In this document: positions 35,076-49,237 of the stretch, piece by piece | Numbering within the stretch: the stretch's first letter is position 1 | Layout of the letters: every line of letters begins with the position of its first letter | From: Hemiscyllium ocellatum | Taxonomy: Eukaryota | NCBI RefSeq assembly: GCF_020745735.1 | Contig: NC_083403.1 | Span: forward strand, 122,716,526 to 122,780,525 | Direction: 5' to 3' | DNA length: 64,000 nucleotides | Program-made: the position numbers and the translations under genes | Notes under the pieces: model-generated | Seen by the model: the letters and a program-made list of their open reading frames with translations, nothing else | Told to the model about the DNA's origin: nothing | Database searches by the model: none

Positions 35076-38075
35076 TACAGTGTTTGTCCTGCTGCAGTTA
35101 AGTATCAGATCAATTTTGAACCCTAGGTTATATTAATGGTGGGATATGTAGTAACGGTGATGCTGTTGAATATTGGGGAGGTGTTTAATTGGAATTTGTT
35201 GTTTGTGTGTCACTGGTGCTTTGCTGATGTTTCTCACCACGTTATGAGCTGGATGTCTAAATGTGTCTGGTCATGGAGCTGAGCCTGGTTTCTGAAATAT
35301 CACATTTTAATATCTCAGTTAAGTTTTCATATCTGCTCACTAACTCCACTGTCAGAAGCTAGCTGCTGTATTTACTTTGGTTAACCCCAAACAAAAGAGT
35401 ACTCTTGTTTTTAGTGATGTAATGTTTCTGCATTGTTTTCCACACTCCATTCCTCGATGACAAGAACATAGTCCCAGAGGACGTGAGGGATTCTCATTGG
35501 AGAGAGACCATTGGTATTGGTTTAATCTAAAGGTTATCATGCCTCTGGTGAGGTTGAAGAAGCAGACCTTTTGTCTGCCGGTCAGGAATTGAATCCATGC
35601 ATCACAAATCACCTGTCCCACCAATTGAGCACGAGCTGTGTGGTGGACAGCACAAAGCTGCTACAAGCATAATATGCACGTGATTTGAAACACTCTTTGG
35701 CGAATGTTTAGTGAAAAATCTAATTCTTCCTTTTGCTTTCCTGCTTGTGCCATGTTCATCCTTTAGGTATTGGCTCTCACTAGAATTGGCCATTCTTCCA
35801 TTTTAAAGTTTAGTGTTTTGGGGGAGAGATGGGGTTGGGTGCAGTTCTACCTTCAGTAACTTTACTGTGAAAAGTATGGGCTAAGAGGTGTGTAGGTTGA
35901 TATACAAACCAGGTCTTATGTTCACATATGGAATGTAGAGTGACATTTATTATCTGAATAGTATTGTCTTGTGAAATCCATTTCATTTGCAATGTTTTCT
36001 CAACTCGACACCAGTGCTGCTTTTACCACTGCGGCTCTCAACTATTCCGTTACCTTCACTTTTCCATTCTCTCCTTGTTAAAACACAACATCTCAGTAAC
36101 CTAGGGGTTGACAGATTGCCCTCTGTGACCTCCACCTTGATGATTTTACGGAACGCCCCCTACCTCTGGCAGCATGTTCCAGGCACCTACAACCCTCTGC
36201 TGCATTTTAAAAAAAAAACAAACTTGCCTTCCACATTTCCTTAAACTCTACACCCCTATATTTGATTTTTTTTCCACCCTGGGGAAAAGACTGCAAATAT
36301 TACCACTTAAAGGACCTGACTGTCTCATCTAAGACCAAATGTTTTGAACTCTAGTGCTGCGCTTCATGGTGCCATGCTAGCAGGAGGATCTTCATTTCCG
36401 TGCAGAAGTCCTGGGTTAAAACTTAAAACTCTCAAACACACAAGCAAGAGTGGTACCAATTGAACTGTGGTTGAGCAAGTCTGTCTGCTGTGATCTCACA
36501 GCAAAAGGTACAAGAGCAGCAATGTCATGAGAATACCATCGCCAAACTTGCACCAAGTAACAAATAACCCACGCAACATAATTGTGGGCGACAAATCAAA
36601 AGGACTGCAACAGCTCGCATCAAAGATCTACCACTTCCACCTCAATGCTATTATGAATAGTCACCAACTTGCCCTACTTCACTGCCATGGATGAAGCAAA
36701 TGTTATGTCTACATTCAGGAATTATTCATTAAACATGGTATTAGTTTTTCTCAGAACTGAGATTCCCGAAAAATGGGCAGGGACCTATTTTCAACCAGTT
36801 AACACGTGTTTTTTTTAATTAAAGCTGATTTTGAATTGTTTTTAATCCACCTGTTCAAATATGACACATCTCTGTGCAGGTGAGACTTGAACCTGGTTCT
36901 CCTGGTCCACAGGAAGAGGAAAATATTTTAATCAACATGTTCAGATGTGTTATGACACACCTGTAGCAGGTGAAATTTGAACCAAAATTTCAGGTCTCAC
37001 AGGTAGGTACAGTATCACTACACCACAAGACATCAAAGTCCCCAATCACTTGCAGTTTACGCTAAATTTAGCCTTTATTTTATTGATAGTTTCAAACTAT
37101 TCCAACAGGAATATTTTTGGTTAATGCGAGGATATTGATACAACTACACCCAAAATTGGAAGTTTTAAAGTGCACATGCTTTTGGCTTTTTAAAAATGTT
37201 TTTGCCAATTTGAGGGGATTACAAGCCAAATTTGTCAATAGCTTTTATTTTGATGATTCAGCAACATTGACGAATTTACTGATCGAGGGCGATGGGATAT
37301 TCCCCGTTTTCCTGGGTGAGTGCAACTCTCTGAACACTCCAGTCTGATATGATCCAGGACAAGGCAGACCACTTGATTATTTTTTGTTTTTCAAATCCCT
37401 TTTGAGGGATGTGGGTCAGCATTTATTGTCCAGCCCTAATGTGCTCAGTGCATTATTAAGAGATACCCACGCTAGTCTGAAGTCCTAGTCCTGCTGTGGG
37501 TGGTAGATTTCCTTCCCTGAAGGAAGTGAATCAAATGGGATTTTTTTTCTCTTGCAACAATCAACAGTGGTTAGACAGACACCATTGGCTCACACTTTAT
37601 TCCAGATTTTACTGATTCTTACTACAGTGGCTTGAGTTTGAGTTTCTTTTCAGAGGAGACATGATCCAAGGCACTGTCAGCCCCATTAGGTGGCAATGTT
37701 TGCAGTTTTTTCCCCCTAGGTTGGAAATATACTAGAGGGCATTGGTTGAAGGTGAAAGGAGATGTGCAAGGCAAGTTTTTGTTTACACAGGGTGGTAGCT
37801 GCTTGCCAGGGGAAGTGTTAAGCAGAGGTGATAGCAACATTTCAGAAGTATTTAGACAGACACATCAACAGGTAGGGAACGTACAGATATGGACCATTTG
37901 CAGGCAGAAGGAATTAGTTTAGAATGGCATCATGGGCAGCCTAGTAATGATGGGTTGAAGGGCCTTTATTTTTTTGAGCGTTTTATGTTCATCCATTGTG
38001 TTCTGACCAGTAATTGTCCTTCATTCAATATCTCAAAAACAGCTCATCTCATTGTTACCAATTCGTGATTTATGT

Positions 38076-38283
38076 ACAAAGTTAAGAATCTCACAACACC
38101 AGGTTGTGGTCCAACAGGTTTAATTGGAAGCACTAGCTTTCAAAGCGCTGCTCCTTCATCAATCACCGGATGAAGGAGCGGCACTCCGAAAGCCAGTGCT
38201 TCCAATTAAACCTGTTGGACTATAACCAAGTGTTGTGTGATTCTTAACTTTGTGCACCCCAGACCAACACCAGCATCTCCAAA
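38076..38283. mobile_element. Fold-back PLE-terminus element (family B) with back-to-back decayed hammerheads
   Basis: About 85-bp inverted arms centred near 38162; TSD tcgtgatttatgt at 38063-38075 and 38284-38296. Confidence 0.85.
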
Positions 38284-40249
38284 TCGTGATTTATGTGAGT
38301 TTGCTTTGTTGGACATTCTGGATGAAAGGCACTGTACAAATTCAATTTTTTTAAAGATGTTGGCCGCCTGCTCTAGTGCACCTTTGAAAGCTGAAGTGCA
38401 GTGTTTGGAGTGGGCATGCAATACTAAATCAAGTGGTAAGACGGTGGATCAAATGTACGGAATGTCTTTGCTGTCCAAACATCACCAGTTTTAAGACAAT
38501 CCGTTCTATGCATTTATGTGCATGGGAATATTCCATCACATTCCCGGCCTGAGGCCTGTGAGAGGTGCTGACTTTGTGGTATCAGGAGGTGAGCAATTTT
38601 ATTGAGACCCAGCCTCTGTCTTGCTCTGTTACCTTTGGTGTTTCATGCTTGTCCATCGTAATCATAGTGAAAGTGTCACTTACAGTGGTGCTATTTTTCC
38701 CATTCCTGTGATTGCTACTGGTGACCCCGAGGATCTGTCTTTGTGCCCTCTCCTATTTTTTTTGAAAAGGTACATTTGAAAGGAAGTTGAAGAGTAGGGC
38801 AGGTGTGGGATTTGTTGAGCTGACTAATTGTAATTGGAAAAAGAATTATTGATGAGTAGGTTTCTTCCAGAAACCCAGGCAACTCTCCCAATATGCAAGA
38901 CTGCCCTCAGGTGGCCATTCGTCATAATACATGCACATCATTACAAATTTTGCAAGTTTATTGTGTTTTTAGACACAATTATCTGTCTGAGTGTGCAAAG
39001 CCATTGCTTTTTAAATACATTAATTTTTAGGTCACTGAATCATTTCACTGCCTTGCAATCATTTTTTTTGTGGTTGTCACCACACATCAGTAAAAAAAAT
39101 AAGTAAATGAAGTGCTGGATTAAAACTCGTGAGACGATTTGTGCGGCTGAACCTCATGAGAATAAAGCTATAGTGGAGCAGCAAAGCAAGTGTTGTGATT
39201 GGCAGGAGATCAGCGAGCAGGCAGCTTCGGCAGACATGCTTGAAGCTGAGAACGGGAGTTATTGGTCTTCTGGGAATGCTATAATTGAAAAACTACTCTA
39301 TAAACTTTAAACTCTTGTCACGTAAAATAAGCCTACCTGCCTTACAGGTCTTCACTTCTAGTTTTAATCATGAATTATTTGATTTTTTACAATAATTCAA
39401 AATCAGTGATTCTTAATTCTCATTCAAACTGTTCATTTGTTCCTGAAGATCCTTTAAATATTTGCAAGATTTGGATCTGTATTTGCATTTTCAATTCACA
39501 TGGAAATAATAGCTGATACCATAGCAATTTCTTTTCTTTTGATGGTTTTTATCAGTTAAAGTCTTCAGTTGTGACTTTTTGGAAAATGCCCACAGCTCTA
39601 ATTTTTTTTCTCCTCTTGTGATTTTCATTTTATTCCAGTGTTCCAAAAGGAATTTTAGGCAGTGTCAAGAAAGGCCGAGGAAACAGTTTCTTACTGCAGC
39701 CCTTTTGAAATTATTATTTTGAAATTATCGACTGCATTGGTTTGATTAGAACCACAATCTCTTCGAAATTAATTTTCACAACCTACATTTGATGTGTTAA
39801 CATGTAGTTGTTTATTTTTTATAAATACAAAAGTTGCTTTCTACATTTCACATACTAACAAGGTAATGTTTTTGGAATATTTTCCACAATTGTGGAATGG
39901 TGAAAGGACAGAAGGAATCCATTCAGCTCCTTGTGTCTGTACTGGATGCTTGCAAGAACAATTCCCTTGCCCTTTCCCTATAGCCCTGCAAATACTTCCT
40001 TTTCAGATGTTTCTCAAATTTATTTTTGCAAACAACCATTGATTCTTCATGTGTCACACTCAATCCATATTTTTCTCACAATAGGAACAGTTTTTACTTA
40101 CTCTTCCCAGACCTACCTACTCTTGTATTTTTCAATACTTCTATGAAGTCTTCTTGCAACCATCCCGTGAAGAGAAAGTCCCAACCTTTCTAGTCCATTC
40201 AGGGTAACTGAAGTCTCTGATCCATGGGCCATTCTTGCATATCATTTAT

Positions 40250-41046
40250 TGAGTCATATGGTATGTAACACACCCTTTGGTCCAACAGTCCACGTCAGCC
40301 ATATTCCCAAACTACCCAACTGCCAGTACTTGGTCCATAGTCCTCTTACTTATGAACGTATCCAAACGTCTTTTAACCATAATACTTGCTCTGTGTGTTT
40401 CAAAAAATGTTGCCCTTCATGACCTTTTTAAATCTTTCTCCTCCCATCTTAAAAATTTGCTTCCTAGTTTTGAACTCCTTACTCGAGGGAAAAGTCCTTG
40501 TCGTTCACCTTATCTATGCCCCTCATTTTTTAAAAAAATTCTAAGGTTACCCCCTCAATCTCCTATGCTTCAGTGGAACAATGTCCAGCTTTTCAAGTCT
40601 ATTAAACCCTCCATTCTTGGCAACATCCTGGTAAACCTTTTCTGAACCCTCTCCAGTTTAATTATAACCTTCCTATAAGTCATGAGGGGCATGGATAGGC
40701 TAAGTAGGTAAGGTCTTTTCCCTGGGTTGGGGAGTCCAGAACTAGAGGCCATAGGTTTAGGGTGAGAGGGGAAAGATATAAAAGGGACATAAAGGGCAAC
40801 TTTTTCACACAGAGGATGGTACCTGTATGGAATGAGCTGCCAAAGGAAGTGGTGAAGGCTGGTACAATTACAGCATTTAAAAGGCACCTTGACTCTTTGA
40901 ATGGAATTCACTATGTGAATAGGAAGGGTTTCGAGGGATATGGGCCAAGTGCTGGAAAATGGGACTAGATTAGATTAGGCTATCTGGTCGGCATAGACAA
41001 GTTTGATGGAAGAGACTGTTTCTGTGCTGTATAGCTCTATGACTGT
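40250..41046. mobile_element. Two CR1 3' fragments joined with 3' ends pointing outward (- 40250-40675; + 40676-41046)
   Basis: KLERVQKRFTRML on the - strand; FFTQRMVPVWNELP and CR1 3' UTR on the + strand. Confidence 0.75.
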
Positions 41047-41704
41047 AAGAGGCCTCATTCCAAAAAACTTTGCATTGGTAGTAAAGTGAACTGCCAGAAT
41101 TGGATGCAGTGAGGCAGAAACAGTATCTTATAAAGATTTGTCATAACTGCATCCGTACTAAAACGTTCTAGACAATCTGCCTTTCAACCTGCCCGGTCAC
41201 CCTCAAAGCTTATGCAATTCTGCCCTCAATTCCTTTTTGATTAGTTTTCCTTGAAAACTTTACCCTTTTATATTGCTTCTCCTCATTCCGCTATCCAAAT
41301 GCATCATTTCACACGTATTTGCTTTAATTTGAGCAGGTATTTGCTTCCACCACCACTTCCCCCGCCCCCCACCGCCCACCCGCCTTCCCACCCCAAACCA
41401 CATTGTCCAATCTGTTCTGTGAAGTCCATTATTCTGCTCCTCACAGTTCATAGTATTTCCAAGGTCTGTCTCATCTTTGCATTTTGAAATGATGTCCCGT
41501 GAAAGGTAAACTGTTACCAGATCATGCGGCTGCTTTCACTGATAAAAGATGAATGGTGTTGGTTCAATCTGAGGGTTACCATACTACAGGTGAGGGGAAA
41601 GGTTAAGAAGGTGAGTCCTTCATGGTAACCTCTGTTGGTTACACTGTGCAAATAAATCTAGGTCATTAGGATCTAGAATTGCAATAGTCCTAGTTTTTTC
41701 TTAC

Positions 41705-42043
41705 TTATTCACGGGATGAGGGCATCATTGGCTCGGCCAGCATTTATTGCCTATCCCTAATTGCCCAGACGGAAGTTAAGAATCAACCACATTGCTGGGG
41801 TCTGGAATCACTTTTAAATCAGATCTGGTGAGGATGATAGTCCTTCCCTAAGGAACATGGGTAAACCAGATGGGTTTTTCCAACAATTGACAATGGATTC
41901 ATGGTCATCATTGGACTCTTAACTGCAGATTTTTATTGAATCCAAACTCCTCCATCTGTTGCAGTGGGATTCAAAATCCTGTCCGCAGAACTTTATCTGG
42001 TTAAAGGTCCAGTGATGGTACCACTAGGCCATTGTCTCCCCTC
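41705..42043 (-). mobile_element. tRNA-derived SINE, DeuSINE/SacSINE1-like
   Basis: Reverse complement matches 32639-32970 and 51465-51815. Confidence 0.65.
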
Positions 42044-42554
42044 CTGGAGAATTAGTGACTCAAGGAGAATTTTACAGTTTGCATTCACCAATCCTGTTTA
42101 CTAACTACATGCAGACTGAATTATTTTGAATTTTCTTTTGTTAGCTGCTGGTGTCTTCTCATATATTCTCTCCTTCCTCTGATTTTCTTTCTCACTTCCT
42201 CTGAATCTTCTCAGCTTGTTTCTGACTTGTTCTATCAAGCTAACACCTGCTATTTGCACTTCATTTACTGCTTCATCTCATTCTCTTTTTCATCATCAAG
42301 CAATCTCTGGCTTTTTGTGTCCTCACTTTCATCCTGTGAAGATATAATGAGACTGCAAACAAATAATCTCTTTAAATGCAGTTCCATGAAACGTTTGCCT
42401 GCTATGCTTTGCTAACAATTTCCCTGGGCCAGAAATGTTCTCATTCCACTAAGACTGGTTGTGCTTCTAAGTATTTTCACCCTGGTTTGCTTTCTTGTCA
42501 CTTTCCATTGCTGACCTAGACCTTCTGATACATTCATCGCTGCCTCTGAAATGT

Positions 42555-42836
42555 TCACGGTGGCTCAGTGGTTAGCACTGCTGCCTCATAGCACTAGGGA
42601 CCCTAGTTCAATTCCAGCCTCGAGCAGCTGTCTGTGTGGAGTTTGCACATTCTGCCTGTGTCTGTGTGGGTTTCCTCTGGGTGCTCCAGCTTTCTCCAAA
42701 GATGTGCAGGTCAAGGTGGATTGGCTATGCTAAATTTTCCATAGTGTTAGGTGTGTTAGTCAGAGGGAAATGGGTCTAGGTGAGTTACTCCTTGGAAGGT
42801 TTGGTGTGGGCTGAAGGGTCTGTTTCCACACTGTAG
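42555..42836 (+). mobile_element. V-SINE (HE1-like)
   Basis: cacggtggctcagtggttagcactgctgcctca head plus V-domain. Confidence 0.8.
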
Positions 42837-43768
42837 TGACTCTTTTTAAAAAAAATAAAGACCCACTTGACCCAATTCATGGCGTAGAACTATATTCAGA
42901 AGTGTCTCCTCCCTTGCTAGGCAAGAAATTTGCTGAAGAAGAAAATCTTCCTGAACATATTTCACTGTATGGTCCACCCTTCTGCCCTTACACAATTACT
43001 GTCTCACACCACACATGATGACTAAAGAATTCCATTATCACTGCTGCATCCTATGGTTTTCCTCTACATCTTTCGCATTCATTGCTGGGATAAGGATATA
43101 TCCAGTAATGTAATTTTACCTCTATTGTTTCTTTAAAATTAACTAAACAGATTCTGTCCTTGACATCCAGGACTTGCTTCTCTAACTATGATAAAGTTCA
43201 GGACTCTCTGCCTTTCTAACCACCCTCTCAACCTTCCCTGTCATCTTTAATCCAAATGTGCCCTCAAGTCTTTCTGCTACTGCTTTTCCTTTAGCATTTT
43301 ACTGTTTATATTGTCATTGCTCATTCCTCTAACTAAATGTATCATGTCACACTTATTTGCTTTAAATTTCATCAGCCATGGCTCCCCCTCCCTTCCACCG
43401 ATCTGCTGTTCTCTTGAAGTTCATCACTTTCTTCACAGTTCATAGTACTTTCAATATACTCCTCAGGCAGTATCGCTGCTGCTCCTCTTTCCTTTCATTC
43501 CCTATCTTTTTTGAGTATTTTGTATCCAGGAAGGTTTAGCAACATGTGCTACTCTTTTGTTCGAACCTGCATTCCATTAACTCAACGCTGTTGTATTTCC
43601 AGGTGGCTATTTGCAAGTGCAGCTCACTAACCTTATTTACCAATCTTTGTATGTTCATATACAAGCAGTGCAAACATTCCCTCTTTACTTTGCCTCCAAT
43701 TGATACTGTTATCTGATGCTTCAAAATCTTGGTGCCCTTGTTGATTTTTAAGTGTACATCTCAGTTAA

Positions 43769-44082
43769 TCATAGAATCCCTACAGCGTGGGAGCAGGCAT
43801 TTGGCCCATCGAATCCTCAACAACCCTCCAAACAGCATCCCACCCAGACCCATACCCACAATCAATTATTTCCCATGGTTAGTTCACCTAGTCTGCACAT
43901 GACTGATACCAAGGGCAATTTAGCATGGCCAATCCACCTAACCTGAACATCTTTGAACTGCAGGAGGAAACCCAGACAGACGTGAGGAGAACATACAAAC
44001 TCCACGCAGACAGTTGACTGAGGGTGGAATTGAACACAGGTCCTTGGTGCTGTGAGGCAGCAGTGCTAACCACTGTGCCACC
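43769..44082 (-). mobile_element. V-SINE (HE1-like)
   Basis: gtgaggcagcagtgctaaccactgtgccaccc (reverse head) plus V-domain. Confidence 0.8.
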
Positions 44083-46859
44083 CTAATGAGGCTGATTTAG
44101 GTGAGGTTGAGTTATCTTGTGCAAATGATTGAGACTGGACTACAATTGTACTATTTTCCTCTTTTTCTTTCCCATTTATTTGTGAACGTCTTAAAACAAA
44201 TTCACTTGTAAAATAAATTGTGTATTTTTTTTTCAATTTCACATTCTGTCCCCTTCCTTCTGAAAGATGTTGTCAGTCAACTCTCTGATATGTCACAAAT
44301 GATATCCCTTCATAAATGAGTTCGAAACGAGAGCAGTGGCAGGCTGTTCAATCATGCAGAGAGTAGAGGCAAGTGTGGTCATGTACTGGTGTGAGTTTTC
44401 CCTTCGTTATAGCAGTGGCTGTACAAAACTACTGGCTGTGAAAGGCCTTGGGAGATCCTGAAGTCTTCAAGCATGATATAAAAATGTATTGGTTCATACC
44501 CCGAAACTACTATGTTTTATTTATGAGAATGTAAGTAGAAGCAGGATTAGGCCCTCTGTGGCTGTGCTTCCTTGTCTTCACTTTCCTGCTCTGTCATTTT
44601 ATGTCTCTGATCCCTTATCGCCAAAAATTCTTATCGATTTCAGTCTTGAATATACTCTGTGACTGAGAACTTTTTGAGGTTGAGGTTTCCAAAGATTCAA
44701 AACTGTGGAATGGTGGCGGGTCCTGATTTACTCAGTGCCTGGCTCAAGGTGCTGAAAGGTGTTGGGAAGTCGAGAGTTGGTGCTCTGTAGCAGCCGATAA
44801 AAGGTGCTGGAAAAATTAAGAGAAACAGGAAATTGATTCCCCCCACCTTTGGCTAGACAATCATCAAGGTCAAATGGGCATTGATTCATTATTAAATAAT
44901 GACTTTAAGAAGTAGCCAATGACATGCCCAGTATCAATATTTCTGCTTCTCTACTTTCTCGAGCAATTTTGCTGTGCATCTGATGCAAGCAGTTGATCTT
45001 AAACTCTTAAAATATCTCTTGCTGCACTCATAACATTGTAGAGTTCAGTGATTTGATGAAATGAGTTATCATCAAAGTGGATGCGTCCCAGCAACAACTT
45101 GCATTTATATTGGATTTTTAACATCTCCAGGCAATAAACAGAAAGATGGGCAGATAAAAGAGAAGTCTGAAAGTCTTGCAAGAAAATATTTTGAAATCTT
45201 CCCGTGCCTGGTCACAAAGCACCCAGCCAATTAGTAGTGCTATTTGCAGTGTCAGTCAACAAACCTTCATGCAGAGACATACTCCAGCTTAGGGGGTTTC
45301 TGTTTCTATGGCAACTGTGCTTTGATTATGAGGATAATTTGTAATGGCACTCAGTTACTTCTTCCATCTTAGAAAGTTATTCTTTGCTTTCTTCTGTGTC
45401 AGTGAATTACTTGGCTAATGACTTAAAATCTCACATGAAGAAAATCCTATCTTCGTTTACCTGTCTCTCGTACAAGGTAAATCACTGTTCCACAATGGAA
45501 GCTGCCATTTCACAGTAATTTTCCTGCGATTTCACAGTAGTGGTTCAGTTAAATACTAGTCACGTGACTGAACTGGTCTCCCTACTAACCTATATTTGAA
45601 AAATACTCTAATTTTTCTCATGTATCCAAAAATAAAATGCAGAACCACAAAGATGATGTGAGGCATTCTGAGAAAGAAAGATGTCTGACTTCTTTCTTGA
45701 AAAGAAATCCTTCTGTTAGTTTTTTATTTACAATTTCTTTTTCCATCCTCTCATGCTTAGTGATTCCTGCTGGGTTATGTCTCACAGATGTCTTTCCCTA
45801 GTCTTCATCTGTGGGTAGACAGTGTGTATCAGGAGAGACCATCAGATTCTAAAGGGCTTCACAGCTTGATCAGCACATTAGATTTCAGCAGATGATCTCT
45901 GAATGATCAGAAGCAGAAAAAAAATCAATTTCTTTTTCCTTACTGGAGGCAGACAAGCCGAAACCAATTGTATTGCTTCAATTGCGAGAATTCAGCACAG
46001 ATTTGAAATCAAACTAAGAACTGTATAGCCTCAATGATTTACTTGTAGAGCTGAGTAATGATTTAAACTGCCAGTCAAGCAGGAGGGTTCATTAAAAAAG
46101 AATCCTAGAATATATTCACTTAAGTGTAGAAAATTAAAATCATTTACAGAACGGTGGTAGGCTTAGTTTTACGTTTACATCTTTTATCTTGATATTCATC
46201 AAATTTTCCACTGGGACTTCGTATACGTGCAGAGGACTCGTTCTTAAAGATCTCCAACGAAGAGTGAATTGGGAGGTTCTGTTGCATTTGATAATCTGAA
46301 AGTGGAGTGCTCGATATAAAAATTTCCAACCCCCTTGTCATTCCTGTAAGTTTTATATTTTGCGCAGGCAAGGATAAAAACAAGTTACCTCCAAGAACAT
46401 CTTTATAATAAATGAAGCTTGACTGTGATGTGGGAGTGCTAAAAATGTTACCATGGGAAAACAAAACATAAACATAAGATGTTGAAGAAAACAGTGGTTC
46501 AATCCAGATAATGTTACTATAACTTTGCACCATGAAAAGCCAAGAAAATGTCAGTAAAATCTTTGGTAATTTGCCTGACAGAAGAGAAAATTAACTTGAA
46601 CAGTCTGCCGCAGGGAAAATGGCAGGGAGTTTGGTCCTATTCAGATTACAAAAAGCACTTTCACGTGCTGTGGAAAGAGTTGGTATTGAAGCCAAAATGT
46701 TCTTGTTTGATGTTTTTCTTTTTTGAAAAAAAAAGGCATATTGAACAATTTTTTTCCTGTGCTACCCAGCGTTGGATTTTCCCATAGACTCCTTTTACAG
46801 CTGCAAGCATCCCAGCTGACATTTGTCAAACAGGATGTTTTTTATGGGTCATGCTTACA

Positions 46860-47028
46860 ATTTTGGTCTTTGATTTGCTGAGCTGGTTCCTTGGGCAGGC
46901 TATATTAACGAGTCAACCTAAAAAACTGTCAAACATTGGTAAACAAGAACCGCAATAAAGTTCATCTGTGGAATGGGAGAGCATGCTCAGGATGATTCCT
47001 TTCTCAGTGTTCTGTCTTCCATCATAAG
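46860..47028 (+). promoter_or_regulatory. Candidate COLEC11 promoter and non-coding first exon
   Basis: HNF4-like tggtctttg (46864), TATA-like tatattaa (46901), strong donor AAG|gtaaga at 47028, about 2 kb before the ATG exon; inference only. Confidence 0.35.
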
Positions 47029-47729
47029 GTAAGAGGAAATTTTAGTTTGCTTTTGTTTCCACAGTTAGCTAAATATCTGCAATTCTAATTTTCAAAGCAC
47101 AGTCTTTGTTCCTGGCTATTAAAAGACAGGAAGAAGAGAGCACATTAGTAAAAGAATGTAAGGACCAACAGACTTATTTCAACAGTTACTGAAGATCTGT
47201 CAACTGTATTAAAGTGTTCTAGCTGAGAATCAATTAACCCTTAAAATGTTTTGAAATCTGGGAGTGCTAAAATAGGAGTCATTTTCCAGGCATTATAGTT
47301 AGTGTGGTGATAGGAATTTTTTTTTGTGAGCTGATGAAACACACAGAAAACATTGAGAACTAGTGGATTTGGTTTAATTGTAAGCAGCAAAATGTCATTC
47401 AGGTCATAATCTTAAATAGCTAAAAGTGTGTTTTAGTTTTAATTGTGATATTTTGAAACTGAAATTTTCAGCCTTGTCTGACATAATGTTAATAGATTCA
47501 ATTTTAATATTAGGAATTATTATTTTATTATTTACTAACAAATTATATAAATATGGAACTTTATAAAATGAAAAGGTATCACGGTGAAGTTCCATTACAT
47601 AAGGTACTGGCTGAAATAGATGGTGATTGGATAAACTCTAAAGTAGCCTTTGGACCTAGAAATTCCCATGGTAGTCTATTACTGAGCATAATGCTGGTGG
47701 GAAACTTGTGCCACCATATGGAGACGGAA

Positions 47730-48500
47730 TACAGTGTAGGTTATGCACTTTGGTAAGAAGAATAGAGACGTAGACTATTTTTTAAATGGGGAAAGACTTT
47801 GGAAATCTCAAATACAAAGAAACTTAGGAGTCCTAGTTCAGAATTCTCTTCAGGTTAATATGCAGGTTCAGTTGGCAATTACGAAGGCAAATGCAATGTT
47901 AGGTTTCATTTTGAGAGGACTAGAATACAAAAGTAGAGATATACTGCTGAGGATGTATGGGGCTTGGTCAGACTACGCTTGGAATATCATTAGCAGTTTT
48001 GGGCCATGTGTCCAAGGAATACATGGAAACAACAAGGATGTGCTGGCCATGGAAGGGGTCCAGAGGAGCTTTACAAGAATGGTCCCGAGAATGAAGGGCT
48101 TGTTGCTTGGGGAGCAGTTGAGGTCTCTGGGTCTGTACTCGAGTTTAGAAGGTTGGGGGTGCAGGACTTGATTTAATCTTACAGGATACTTGGAGGTCTG
48201 GATATAGTAGATGTGGAGAAGATATTTCCATTAATGGGAGAGACCAGAACCCAAGGACAAAACCTCAGAGTGAATGGACACCCTTTAGAAGTGAGATTAG
48301 GAGGGATTTCTTCAGCCAGAGGGCGTGAATCTGTAGAATGCATTGCTGTAGAAAGCTGTGGATGCCAAGTCATTGAGTATTTTTAAGACAGAGATAGATA
48401 GGTTCTTGATTAGTAAGGGAATCAAAAGTTACTGGGAGAAGGCAGGAGAGAGGTGCTGAGAAACCCTGATTCTGCTTCTATATCTCACAGTCTTATGGTC
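47730..48500 (+). mobile_element. CR1 LINE 3' fragment
   Basis: MHFGKKN..LGVLV..KANAMLGFI.RGLEYKS..EGVQRSFTRMVP. Confidence 0.85.
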
Positions 48501-49107
48501 TAAGTGTCTTTGTTGTACAAGCACACATGACACTGGGGCAAGGCAGGGGATGGTGTGATGATGGTAGTTGTCTTCATTGGTGGTGGAACCGTAGGGAATG
48601 TGATGGATGATATTATCATATACTGTCTTTCCTTGCATTCTGAACCCAGAAGAGAAGAGGTCAAAAACTAAAAGCTTACACCCCTCCATCACATGCATTC
48701 GAATCCTAATCCTGGGGTAACTGAACTCCAATTTCCTCTGCCACCCATTCAAATCAGGTAGCTTTACACACTTGCAAAACTAAGGAATAGCAGGGTTTAG
48801 GGAATACTTGGCTTGAAAAAGAAATACCTGAACATTGAAGAATAAAGAAAACCACAAATTAAGTCAGTTGCAGATTTGAGGTCTTTGGGGGGTGGGGAAG
48901 AATAAGTTAGAATGGCAGAAAAATGGAAGAAAAGTTACACTTTTAACATGTGAAGCCTGCAGACATTAAAAGTTTGTGTGTAGGGAAATGTTAAATGCTG
49001 ATAATGTTTAATGAGTTAAAGAATGTGTTTGTTTCATCATAGTAGAGTAATGGTTATTTATAAAAGAATTTTTATCTTTAGGAGTCAATGAACTTTTTGT
49101 GAACATT

Positions 49108-49237
49108 ATGAACAGTGGACTGTTTTCACTTGTGTTCCGAATTGGCCTGCTGTTCCTGTCCTTGCTCAGATCTGGAGAATCTCAACATATAGCAGATGAA
49201 TCATGCTCAGTACAGATCCTAGTCCCTGGCCTGAAAG
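49108..49237 (+). CDS. COLEC11: Collectin-11 first coding exon (signal peptide and N-terminal Cys segment); exon starts at 49082
   Basis: [43 protein letters not shown](G); [12 protein letters not shown] is the COLEC11 signature; phase-1 donor; lies downstream of RPS7 as in human. Confidence 0.95.
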
